48,016 nucleotides of DNA from an uncultured Isosphaeraceae bacterium (GTDB taxonomy: Bacteria; Planctomycetota; Planctomycetia; Isosphaerales; Isosphaeraceae). The DNA lies in assembly GCA_937907405.1 (NCBI GenBank), contig CALCIC010000118.1, forward strand, positions 1-48,016, given 5' to 3'. The notes under the pieces are model-generated. The model did not search any database. It saw only the letters and a program-made list of their open reading frames with translations, and was not told the DNA's origin. Below, piece after piece: positions 1 to 9,000 of this stretch. A program made the translations under genes and the position numbers. Position 1 is the first letter of the stretch. The number at the start of each line of letters is the position of its first letter.

Positions 1-1
1 C

Positions 2-997
2 CATTACACGCCCGACGCCAAGGCCGAGATCGACCGTCGCATCGACTCGATCGTCAAGACCGGCCGCGACCCGGTTCCCCCGCGCGTGGTCTTCACCACC
101 TATACGCTCCGCTACAACCGCTCGTCCTGGGTCCGGGTCGACGGCCTCGCCAAACACTGGGAGCGAGCCCGGGTCGAGGCCGTGCTGCTCGGCGACGACG
201 GCGCGGGACCCAAGATCGAGACCTCGAACGTCACCGGACTGACGCTCGAAATCCCCCCGGGCCTCTGCCCGCTCGACGTCCGCGACGTCGTCAAAATCCT
301 GATCGACGGCCAGCAGGTCCAGGCCCCCAAGCCCGGCTCCGACCGATCGTGGACCGCCCGGCTTGAGAAGGTCGACGGCAAATGGCGGGCGGCTGGAACT
401 AACCACGGCCTGGTCAAGCGGCACGGGCTGCAAGGGCCGATCGACGACGCGTTCATGGACTCCTTCCTGATGGTCCGTCCCACCGGCCCGGCGCTGAACG
501 CGAAGGTCGGCGGTTGGGCCGCCGCCGAGATGGCCCACGCCGTCGACCACTGGCGCCGCCAGTTCCGCGGCGACGCCCGGATCAAGAACGACCAGGACGT
601 GACGGAGGCCGACGCCGCCGACTGTAACCTGATCCTCTGGGGCGACCCGAGCAGCAACGCCTACCTCGCCAGGATCGCCGACAAGCTGCCGGTCGAATGG
701 ACGAAGGACGGCGTGAAGCTCGCCGGCGAGACCCACGACGCCGGCCGTAGCGTCCCCGTGCTGATCTACCCGAACCCGCTGAACCCGAAGCGGTACGTCG
801 TGCTCAACAGCGGCTTCACGTTCCGCGAGTACGACTATCTGAACAACGCCCGGCAGGTGCCTCGTCTGCCCGACTTCGCCGTCGTCGACGTCGACGCGCC
901 GCCGACTTCGCGGGCCCCCGGCCGGATCGTCCAGGCCGGCTTCTTCGACGAGGAGTGGAAGCCCCGAGCTGAAGAATCCCACGCCGACGCCCGCTGA
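2..997 (+). CDS. C-terminal part of a prolyl-oligopeptidase/esterase-like protein of a planctomycete-type family (5' end outside window)
   Basis: Frame is open from position 2 (HYTPDAKAEIDRRID...) to TGA at 997. The motifs 'KRHGLQGPIDDAF', 'NLILWGDPSSN' and 'YPNPLNPKRYVVLNSG' resemble the C-terminal domain of PVC-group alpha/beta-hydrolase proteins. The catalytic domain is not visible, so the product call is inference. Confidence 0.65.
   Translation, partial: HYTPDAKAEIDRRIDSIVKTGRDPVPPRVVFTTYTLRYNRSSWVRVDGLAKHWERARVEAVLLGDDGAGPKIETSNVTGLTLEIPPGLCPLDVRDVVKILIDGQQVQAPKPGSDRSWTARLEKVDGKWRAAGTNHGLVKRHGLQGPIDDAFMDSFLMVRPTGPALNAKVGGWAAAEMAHAVDHWRRQFRGDARIKNDQDVTEADAADCNLILWGDPSSNAYLARIADKLPVEWTKDGVKLAGETHDAGRSVPVLIYPNPLNPKRYVVLNSGFTFREYDYLNNARQVPRLPDFAVVDVDAPPTSRAPGRIVQAGFFDEEWKPRAEESHADAR
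852..976 (+). repeat. Copy 1 of an imperfect direct repeat (3' end of the first CDS)
   Basis: Aligns by eye to 4147-4239 at 79/93 identical bases once a 32-bp gap is allowed. Confidence 0.9.
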
Positions 998-1049
998 AAT
1001 GGTCGAGCAGTTTTCAACCCTGAGCAGGCGACCCCCAGGAGCACTCGCC

Positions 1050-1338
1050 ATGGCCCTGGAAACTCTTCAGCGCGGCGGTCGCCCTGTTTCACGACGATGT
1101 CGAACTCGAAATCACCGGCCCCCCGCCATCCCTTTCCTGGGGCGATGGCAGGGGCGTCCGGCCGTTGAAAGTCGTCGCCCAGGGCGACTTCGTGGTCATC
1201 GTCCCCCATGAGCAGGGTCGCTTCCGTGCGACCAGCGCCCCGTGCTCCGTCCACTGGGTCCACGTCGTCACCCGCCGCGACGGCAAGATCGCCCGACTGC
1301 GCGAGATCGTCGACGGTTACGCGATCGAAGGCGCCTGA
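1050..1338 (+). pseudogene. Degraded SnoaL/NTF2 (ketosteroid-isomerase-like) gene
   Basis: AGGAG RBS precedes ATG 1050. Fragments alternate between two frames: MALETLQR / AVALFHDDVELEITGPP / AIPFLGRWQGRPAVE / VVAQGDFVVIVPHEQGRFRATSAPCSVHWVHVVTRRDGKIARLREIVDGYAIEGA*. These are typical NTF2-fold segments, broken by at least 3 frameshifts or deletions. Confidence 0.75.
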
Positions 1339-2739
1339 TCAGAGCGATTTCAGGTACTCGACCAGATCGCCGGCCTCCCAATCGGTCAGGCCCAGGCTGA
1401 AGCGCCCGTTGTAGTGCGCGACCACGTCTTCGAGCGTCTTGAACCGCCCGTCGTGGTAAAAGCCTCCGTCCATGTGGGTCCACAGACCCCGAAGCGGGGT
1501 GGTCCGATAGCGTCTCGTCGGCGACCGCTCCGACTGGAAGTCGTCGATGCCAATCTCTTGAGGAGTATGCAGGACGCGGTTCGCATCGGTGAACGACGAC
1601 GACGGTGTATGGCACGATGCGCAGTTCGCCTTTCCCATGAACAGGGCTCGCCCTCGGTTCGCCTGCCTCATATCGAAACTTCGCACCGGCGGTCTCGGGG
1701 CCGACAGCGAGTGTTGGTAAGCTCGAAGCGCGGGCAATTTCGGCGTGACCAGGTCGGGCGAGTGGGTGACGTTGAAGAAGCCGTTCGCGGCGCCGATTGG
1801 GAATCGCGCCGGGTCGTTGATCCGAGGATCGGCGAACGATCCCTGGGCGTGCATTTCAAGGACGGCCACGAAGCTGTTCCAGTAACTGATCGAGCCCCAA
1901 CCGGTCGCGGTGGTCAAATCGACTTTCGCCAGGCCGAAGGCGGGGGGGATCAGAACGGATCCCGACTTCCCGTCGGGCCGGAACGCCTTGCCGTCCAGCG
2001 CCAGGTATGGGTCGAACCTCCCCGGCCCCCAGCTCCGCAGGACCTGGCGAACCGCATCCTGCGAGGCGCCGAGAGGATTCGCGAACGGCGAGACGTCGGG
2101 CGCGGCGGCGATGACGGCCCCGACGTTGAGGTCGCGGTTGGCCCACCCGTCGAGCCGGCGACCGACTCCAGGCGCCAGCGAGTCGTCAACCGTGGAATGG
2201 CAGAGGGCGCAGCGGATTCCGATCGAGCGCAGCTCCCGCCCGCTCGGCGAGAAGAACCCCTTGACCCCCACCACGGCGTCCAGCTTGAGCAATGAGAGAG
2301 TGACGGCCGGATCGCCGAGGTCGACCTGGCCGTACCGCAACCGCGACCGCAACCGCGGCGGGAGGGCCTCGACGTCGACCTTCAATCCCAGCCCGAGCGC
2401 GGCTACCGGACTCAGGGTGGAGACCGCCTCGTGAAGTCTCAGCGCGTCTCCCCAGAACGCCTCGTCGCCGAAGGTGTCGTATCGAAAAATCCGCCGGCCG
2501 TCGTTCACCAGGGCACGGGTTGGATCGACGCGCGCGGGTGGCCCATGGCGTGGAGGAGGCGGCGGATTCCAGCGGGGGCTTCGGCGGGGCGCCGGAGGAT
2601 TCCGCCTCAGAGGGATGCGCCACGGCGACTGTCCCCATGACGAGGAGGCCCCGACCGCGACGCCGAACATCAAGACCAGCCCAAGCGCGACGCGCGTCCG
2701 GAAGCGTCGCACCGGATTCCAACTCGACGAATTCCCCAT
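1339..2739 (-). CDS. Exported di-heme c-type cytochrome, CCP/MauG-superfamily-like C-terminus
   Basis: Two CxxCH motifs (CALCH, CASCH). C-terminal 'YRTTPLRGLW...FYHDGRFKTLEDVVAHY' resembles the CCP/MauG tail. N-terminal signal peptide followed by a Pro/Arg-rich linker. AGGAGG lies 9 nt before ATG 2739. Confidence 0.8.
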   Translation of the reverse strand: MGNSSSWNPVRRFRTRVALGLVLMFGVAVGASSSWGQSPWRIPLRRNPPAPRRSPRWNPPPPPRHGPPARVDPTRALVNDGRRIFRYDTFGDEAFWGDALRLHEAVSTLSPVAALGLGLKVDVEALPPRLRSRLRYGQVDLGDPAVTLSLLKLDAVVGVKGFFSPSGRELRSIGIRCALCHSTVDDSLAPGVGRRLDGWANRDLNVGAVIAAAPDVSPFANPLGASQDAVRQVLRSWGPGRFDPYLALDGKAFRPDGKSGSVLIPPAFGLAKVDLTTATGWGSISYWNSFVAVLEMHAQGSFADPRINDPARFPIGAANGFFNVTHSPDLVTPKLPALRAYQHSLSAPRPPVRSFDMRQANRGRALFMGKANCASCHTPSSSFTDANRVLHTPQEIGIDDFQSERSPTRRYRTTPLRGLWTHMDGGFYHDGRFKTLEDVVAHYNGRFSLGLTDWEAGDLVEYLKSL

Positions 2740-2895
2740 GTCGTATTCCTCCTGATGAGATGATGCTGACTGCACGTTTTTCAATTGAATTCGGCGCGCA
2801 CCTCGCCCGACTCCGGGAGGGACGGCCTCCGGAAAATCGAGTCATCGTGCATTCGCCGCGATCCGGTTCGGCGCGGCGGGCTGGAAGCGCATTCC

Positions 2896-3603
2896 TTACG
2901 AAGGAGGCGTTTCCGAGAGCCGTTCGAGGACCCGACGAACGACGTGGTCGCAATACTCCCCGGCGAACTCATAAAGCCGCCGCGCCTCCTCGCCGATCCG
3001 CTGGTCGATCCACGACCGCAACATCGCTCGCGAGCGATGGAGCCGCACCTTGACGTTGGACGGCGTCAGATTCAGGCATTCGGCCGTCTGATTCGTGCTC
3101 AGCCGTTCGACCAGCCGAAGCGTGAAGACCAGCCGCAGGTCCGCCGGCAAGGCGTCGACGGCGCTGGCGAGGACGTGTCGCAACTCTTTAAGGCTTGCTT
3201 CCTCGGCGCCGTCGCGAGCGACGGAATGCGACGCCCTCGAATCGATCTCCGCATCGGTCGGCATGACAAGCCGAAGACGTCGCCGCGTGCGTCGCCGCGC
3301 GGCGGCTTCATGGACGGCGATCCGGGTGAGCCAGGTGGCGAACGTCGAACGCCCCTCGAACTGGTCGAGATGCCTGAAGGCGCGCAGGTAGGCTTCCTGC
3401 AAGACGTCGTCCGCTTCCGCATCGTCGCCGATGATGCTGCGCACCACACGGAACAGGCGCTGGTTGTAGCGCCGCATGATCAGCTCGAACGCCGCGGTAT
3501 CACCGCCGAGCACCCTTCGGACGATCTCCTCATCCTCAAGCGCCTCCGGGGGCGTCGCCGGGCGCCCTCCCGAACCATCGGCTTGTTGAATCGCGATCTG
3601 CAT
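2896..3603 (-). CDS. ECF RNA polymerase sigma factor with a Cys-containing C-terminal extension (ECF29-like)
   Basis: Sigma region 2 ('DAEADDVLQEAYLRAF...FEGRSTFATWLTRIAVHEA') and region 4 ('LSTNQTAECLNLTPSNVKVRLHRSR') are present. The tail is 'YEFAGEYCDHVVRRV'. Confidence 0.9.
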   Translation of the reverse strand: MQIAIQQADGSGGRPATPPEALEDEEIVRRVLGGDTAAFELIMRRYNQRLFRVVRSIIGDDAEADDVLQEAYLRAFRHLDQFEGRSTFATWLTRIAVHEAAARRRTRRRLRLVMPTDAEIDSRASHSVARDGAEEASLKELRHVLASAVDALPADLRLVFTLRLVERLSTNQTAECLNLTPSNVKVRLHRSRAMLRSWIDQRIGEEARRLYEFAGEYCDHVVRRVLERLSETPPS

Positions 3604-3607
3604 GGGT

Positions 3608-4027
3608 TTACGCCAATCGTGCTGGAGCTGCGATCGGCAGCCAGGGTTCGTTGCGAAGGGCCGCCGCTTGACCGAGCGTGAAGGCGCCGACGGCCATGAC
3701 CAGATCGCGCACGGCGATGTCGAGACGACCGGCCGCCACCAGGTTCAGGGCGATCAGCACCAACCACGTCATGACGACGTACGCGCCCAGACGGGTCAGG
3801 CCCGTCAGCACGGCCAGGCCCGCGGCGATCTCGACGACTCCCACCACCATCATAAAGGTCGACGGGCTGACGGGCAGGTGATCGGCGACGACGGCCGGCA
3901 TGTACGCGGCCCAGTTCGTCAAAAGATTCGTGAACTTGTCCAGCCCCGCCACGACCGGCACGAGGCCGTACGTGAGCCGCAACGGTATGTAAATCGATGA
4001 CAGTCGGTCTGTTGCGCTCGGAGACAT
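3608..4027 (-). CDS. DoxX family membrane protein
   Basis: 'LRLTYGLVPVVAGLDKF', 'VGVVEIAAGL' and 'DIAVRDL' motifs with about 4 TM segments. AGGAGG lies 9 nt before ATG 4027. The stop is 4 nt from the sigma start. Confidence 0.85.
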   Translation of the reverse strand: MSPSATDRLSSIYIPLRLTYGLVPVVAGLDKFTNLLTNWAAYMPAVVADHLPVSPSTFMMVVGVVEIAAGLAVLTGLTRLGAYVVMTWLVLIALNLVAAGRLDIAVRDLVMAVGAFTLGQAAALRNEPWLPIAAPARLA

Positions 4028-4078
4028 GGCCCACAACCTCCTTCAGCCAAACTCGGGTAAGCTCCAGTCCCACCACTT

Positions 4079-4107
4079 ATAGAGTGGCCTCGGAGAAATC
4101 GGTTACA
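4079..4107 (-). promoter_or_regulatory. Putative ECF-type promoter for the doxX-sigma operon
   Basis: Minus strand TGTAAC-N18-TCTAT, the same AAC...TCTA spacing as RpoE/AlgU-type promoters, about 50 nt upstream of doxX. Confidence 0.4.
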
Positions 4108-4146
4108 GGCCGCCGTTGCCTTGGGAGTGTCTCGCTCGGTTCGATT

Positions 4147-4248
4147 GGCAGGTCTCCCGTCTGCCCGACCTCGCACGCCCCCGGGCGCATCGTCCACGCC
4201 GGCGTCTTCGACGAGCAATGGAAGCCCCGAACCGAAGAACCTCGATGA
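4147..4248 (+). pseudogene. Copy 2 of the direct repeat: displaced, decayed 3' end of the first CDS
   Basis: Encodes QVSRLPDLA in one frame and PTSHAPGRIVHAGVFDEQWKPRTEEPR* in another. The intact gene has QVPRLPDFA...PTSRAPGRIVQAGFFDEEWKPRAEE. Confidence 0.85.
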
Positions 4249-4330
4249 CCTCGGCGTCAGAGGCAGCGAGAGAAAAAGCAATCAAATCGCAAAATCCAAT
4301 TCAAATTTGGATCAAAATGGGTGACCCTAG

Positions 4331-4347
4331 CCCCCCCCCCCCCCCCC
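4331..4347. repeat. Poly-C homopolymer (C17)
   Basis: 17 consecutive C in an AT-richer intergenic stretch about 105 nt upstream of the DUF1559 start. Confidence 0.95.
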
Positions 4348-4451
4348 GTAATGTAACGTCGATGCTCCGGCCTACTCACAACCATTGCGAATGGCTGGCG
4401 TCCCGAATCACATCGCTCCTTGACGTCATAGTCGGCAACGGAGGCTTTCTG

Positions 4452-5381
4452 ATGGCTCATCTACGGACAGGTCGATACGGGTTCACACTTATTGAAGTCA
4501 TCGTCGTCATCTCGGTGATCGGTATTCTGGTCGCACTGCTCTTGCCGGCGGTCCAGTCGGCCCGCGGGTCGGCCCGACGGCTTCAGTGCGGCAACAACCT
4601 GAAAAACATCGGCCTCGCCATCCACAACCACGCCGAGGCTCACGGAAGGTTCCCGTCCGGCGTTGGGCGCTATCCGGCGGACATCTCGTTCCTCGTCCAG
4701 ATCCTCCCCCAGATCGAGCAGGCGACCCTCTACAACTCGATCAACATGACCGACGGCATGCAGAACAACGCCAACCTCACGGCCTACAAACAAACCCCTG
4801 GCCTTTACACCTGTCCTGCGGACGGGACAAGCTCGGCGGTCGGGCGACTCGCGAAGGCCGTCAACTACGCCGGAAATGCAGGCAGAAGGGCCGAAGGCGG
4901 CGAGGGCGTCTTCATCAACAAACCCCTGTCCGCCCGTGACGTCCAGGACGGTCTGAGTCAGACTGCGGGCGTTTCCGAATGGATTATCGGGCCTGGATAC
5001 GGGCATGGGACGCGAGAGAACACAACTAAGTACACCCTCGAACGATTTTACTCCGATTCCCTTCTCGATTTGGAGGCGTTCGCGCGCGACTGCGAATCCT
5101 TGGCGGACGTCGACGGCCGTCGCGCTCCTTCATCCAAAGGCATGCTGTGGCTGGAAGGAGCGATCAATTCAACGCTCTACAACCATACTCTGCCCCCTGG
5201 AAAGCATTCATGCGAAGCTCCTATCGCGATGGATGCTACGACCGCCGGAAGCTATCATTCAGGCATAAATGTTTTAATGATGGATGGAAGTTTACGTTTT
5301 GTTAATTTGAACATCAACCCGCGCGTTTGGTTCGCCGCTGGAACCCGAGCAGGAGGGGAGACCGAACCCTCGCTCGATTGA
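4452..5381 (+). CDS. DUF1559 family prepilin-type (N-methylation/H-X9-DG-type) protein
   Basis: 'GFTLIEVIVVISVIGILVALLLPAVQSARGSARRLQCGNNLKNIGLAIHN', 'DGLSQT' and C-terminal 'SYHSGINVLMMDGS...GTRAGGE'. GGAGG RBS precedes ATG 4452. Confidence 0.93.
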   Translation: MAHLRTGRYGFTLIEVIVVISVIGILVALLLPAVQSARGSARRLQCGNNLKNIGLAIHNHAEAHGRFPSGVGRYPADISFLVQILPQIEQATLYNSINMTDGMQNNANLTAYKQTPGLYTCPADGTSSAVGRLAKAVNYAGNAGRRAEGGEGVFINKPLSARDVQDGLSQTAGVSEWIIGPGYGHGTRENTTKYTLERFYSDSLLDLEAFARDCESLADVDGRRAPSSKGMLWLEGAINSTLYNHTLPPGKHSCEAPIAMDATTAGSYHSGINVLMMDGSLRFVNLNINPRVWFAAGTRAGGETEPSLD

Positions 5382-5527
5382 CGCTCGGAGCGGCCGCTCC
5401 GGTCGCTTCTCCATAGTCGCCGATCGCCGTTTGCCGCTTCAGGTCGTCGCGGCAGCGATCGCCGTGCGCCTTCAACCCCCCCCCTTTATTTCGAGAATCG
5501 GGAAGGCATTCCAAGGAGACATTCATC

Positions 5528-5968
5528 ATGAGACGCCATCTCTTCCACGCCGCTGCTTCGTTACTGCCTGCAGTCGTTGTGATCCAGTTGGCACATCCCA
5601 GCGATGTATACGGACAGACGCACGTCACCGATCCCGTGGTTACCAGTCCCGCCGATGGTTCGACGGTCACGGTGGGGCCCGGATCAACGATCTTCTACGT
5701 CAAAGGCCGGTTGCCTGATCTGTATTACGGATCTGGTTGCAACATCAGCTACACAGACGACGGGAACGGCATCTGGGGGAGCCTGGCGAGCAACCCATAT
5801 TGGCTATCTCCGTCAAACGAGTGGGTATTTCCCATGAATCTCGGCTCAGGACATCACAGCGTGAAGATCAAGATCTCGGGCCTTACCGACGGCGGTTCAG
5901 GTCCGAATGATCCCCCGCCTGGCTTCATTAACTCGCCGTCGATCACCGCCGATGTGACCAAACAATAG
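5528..5968 (+). CDS. Small secreted beta-rich (Ig-like) hypothetical protein
   Basis: AAGGAG RBS and signal-peptide-like N-terminus. 'PVVTSPADGSTVTV' and 'LGSGHHSVKIKIS' resemble bacterial Ig-like repeats. Confidence 0.65.
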   Translation: MRRHLFHAAASLLPAVVVIQLAHPSDVYGQTHVTDPVVTSPADGSTVTVGPGSTIFYVKGRLPDLYYGSGCNISYTDDGNGIWGSLASNPYWLSPSNEWVFPMNLGSGHHSVKIKISGLTDGGSGPNDPPPGFINSPSITADVTKQ

Positions 5969-5980
5969 GAGCCAGCGCCT

Positions 5981-6024
5981 CGGAGAGACGGCCCGCGTCA
6001 CATCGGACGTGGACCGTCTCTCCG
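5981..6024. terminator. Stem-loop between convergent genes (probable bidirectional terminator)
   Basis: CGGAGAGACGG...CCGTCTCTCCG forms an ~19-bp stem with one mismatch and a 6-nt loop. There is no clear U-tract. Confidence 0.6.
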
Positions 6025-6079
6025 CAGCTCGCGACGGCCCATCGATTTGATTCACGAATAAACCGTGGCGCGAGGTTTG

Positions 6080-9000
6080 TTACGATCCGGGCCGCGCGTC
6101 GCCGCGGTTCATGAGGTAGGCGACCAGGTCCTGGACCTCCTCCTCCGTCAGGCTGTTGAGCAGTCCGGCGGGCATCTGCGAGACGTCGGACGCCTTCATT
6201 TCCTCGACGTCCGATCGCTTCACGCCGGTGAAATGGCCGGGGTCGAACATATCTTCGATCACGTTCAGCGTGTCGCCCGAGAGGTTGCCCACCCGCCCCG
6301 TCACGACCTGTCCGTTCGTCTTGGCGATGACCACGGCCCCGTATTGATCGCTGATGACCTTGCTGGGCTCGACAATCGACTCAAGCAGATCGCGGACGCT
6401 GAACCGGCCGGCGACCGCGGTCAGGTCGGGGCCGACGCCGCCTCCCTCCACGCCGAACCGATGGCACGTGGCGCAGGCCACCGCGCCGAAAAGTCGACGG
6501 CCCCGGTCCAGGTCGCGCCCGCCGCTCAGGCCGCGCTCCACGATGGGCGTCAGCTCGGCGACGGTCCACTGCTTGACCTGCTTCCGAGCCGCCAGCAGTT
6601 CCTGCGGCGACTTCCGGTCAGGCTTCGCGTCGAGGATCGGCTTCAGAGCCGTCCGCTCGTCGTCGGTCAGCGTCGCGATCGCCTGGGCCTTGATCGTCAT
6701 AAGCGAACTGACGAACGTATTCCCCCCCCGGTAGGCCGAGGCCACGTCGACGAACCAGCGGAAATACTTCTCACGGAGCGCCGGCGTCCAGCCCGTCTTC
6801 AGGGTGCGGAGGATGAGCGCGTACTGGACCGTCTCCTCCTGAGTGAGCCCATTACGCAGGGCCGCCATGATCTTCGGCGCGGCTGTCGGCGACTGAAGGT
6901 AGACGAGGATCTCCGCGATCAGGAAGTCGGATTCCACGGCCTTCGTGGGGAAGAGCGGTTCGAACCTCGCGATCAACCGACGACTCGTCTCCTCGTCCGG
7001 ACGCCCCAGGCGGATGAACGCCAGGGAATAGGCGCGGAGCAGGTCGACGCGATCGGAGCGGCTCAGACGCGACCAGTCGATCGCATCAAGCGCGGTCAGC
7101 ACCTGGCCCTTCAGGGCCGGATCGGGGGTCGGATCGCCCGGCTTGCGATGGAACTCGTCCCGGCCGCTGACGCGGGCCAGCGCCACAAGCGCGGCGACGG
7201 CCTTGCGCGGGTCGGGTTCGTCGAGCGCCTTCTGTCGCCATTGGGACGGGTCTTGCCACTCCAGGGCGATTCGGGCCGCGTACCGGATCGCCCGGTCCTG
7301 GTCTGACAGGTAGGGCCACGCCGCGGCGACCGCGCCGTCGTCCGGATGCCCGTGATAGCCTTCGAGCTTCCGTCGGAGGTCTCGCTTGGCGGCGGCCTGG
7401 GAGTCCTGGGACGGCTGGTCGGTGGTGGCGACTTCGCCACCGGTGTAGGTGATGCGATAGAGGGCCGATTGCGTCCCGCGACCGCCGACGGCCAGGTAGA
7501 TCGCGCCGTCCTTGGGATTGACTACCAGGTCGGTCACGGGCAGAGGCTGGCCGCTGATGAACTCTTCCACCTCGGCGGCGTAACTGGCGCCCTCGGGCCT
7601 CAGGTGCACGGCCCGGAGCTTGCCGAAGCTCCAATCGCAGATGAACAAGGCGTCTTGATACTTCTTCGGGAACTTCGCGCCGTAGCCGAACGCGATCCCC
7701 GTGGGTGAGCCCGGCCCGACGTCGACGACGGCCCCGAAGCTGTCGATGAAATAGGCGGGCCATTTCGCCGATTGGTTGCGGAAGCCGAACTCGGCGCCGC
7801 TGATGATGTGGTTGATCCGGGTGGGGCGATACCAGGGCTCGCCGATGTCCCACTCCATGTCCGCGTCGTACGTGAACAGCTCGCCGTCGTGGTTGAAAGC
7901 GATGTCGAACGGGTTCCGCATGCCGGCGGCGATCAGCTCCCACTTCTCGCCGTCGGGATCGGTTCGGGCGATCCAGCCCTGGGGCGCCAGCGAGTCGTCC
8001 ATGAAGCCGGTCGGGACGCGGGTCGCCAGGTTGTCCTCCCCCCAGTTGAGCGGCAGTCGCGAGCTGTCGACATCTGTCAGAGAAGTATTATTGCCGCAGA
8101 CGACGTAGAGCGACTTGCCGTCCGGCGAGAGGACGATCGAGTGCATGCCGTGCTCGCCCCCCCCCTTGATGGCGCGAAGCAGCTTGACCTCGTCGTAGCG
8201 ATCGTCGCCGTCAGTGTCGCGGACGCGATAAAACCCGTGGGTCCCCTGTTCATTGACCATCACGTAAAGGCTGTCGAAGGCGTACAGCATCCCGTGGGCC
8301 CCGCCGAGGTCCACGCCCAGCGGCTCGGGCTCGACTGCGGCGTCGCTCCCGATCGTCGGAGGGGTCATCCGGTAGAGTTTGCCGCGCTGGTCGGCGGCGA
8401 TCAGTCGACCGTTCGGGTCGACGCAAAGCGCCACCCAAGACCCCTGGGTCGCCTTGGGCACCGAGTAGATCTGGTCGAGCTTGAAGCCGTCGGCGACCTT
8501 CACGTTGGCGGCGGCCGACAAGGCGGCCGAGCGGGGGAATTGCTTGATCCGAACGTCCTTGAACCGGACGGTCATCGGCTCTCCCGCGTGAAGCTGGAGC
8601 GCGAGGACGCCCGATTCGAGCTGTTTCCCCCTGGCGTCGTCGATGACGTCCACGGTCTGGGCGCCGTTGATGAAGTGCTGAAGGTGGTTTCCTCGCACGA
8701 CGACCCTGTACTCGTTCCAGTCGTCCTTCTTGATCTTAGCGCCGATCTCCTCGGATGCGCCGAGCCGTCCGGTCACCTGTTTTTCGCCTTTGGCGTTCCA
8801 GGTCACCTTCTCGCCGCGGTCGGCCATGATCCCTCGCCCCCCCGCGCCCCCCGCCTCGTCGTACAGGATGCCCGAGTACCGCGACCCGGCCTCCATGTCG
8901 GCCTGATAACCGGCCGCCACGAAGTCCCCCTTGTCGACGCTGCGATACTGAATGCCCGAGTTGGCGAATCCGGCGTCGTTGTCGGCCGTGATCTTGTACG

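Noticed and set aside
998-4146. Prophage or autonomous integrative element
   Set aside because: There are no integrase, transposase or phage genes. Only the duplicated gene end supports an insertion.
4116-4451. N-terminal extension of the DUF1559 ORF, including a poly-Pro from the C17 run
   Set aside because: The prepilin motif and RBS place the start at 4452. The extension runs through the repeat relic and intergenic DNA.
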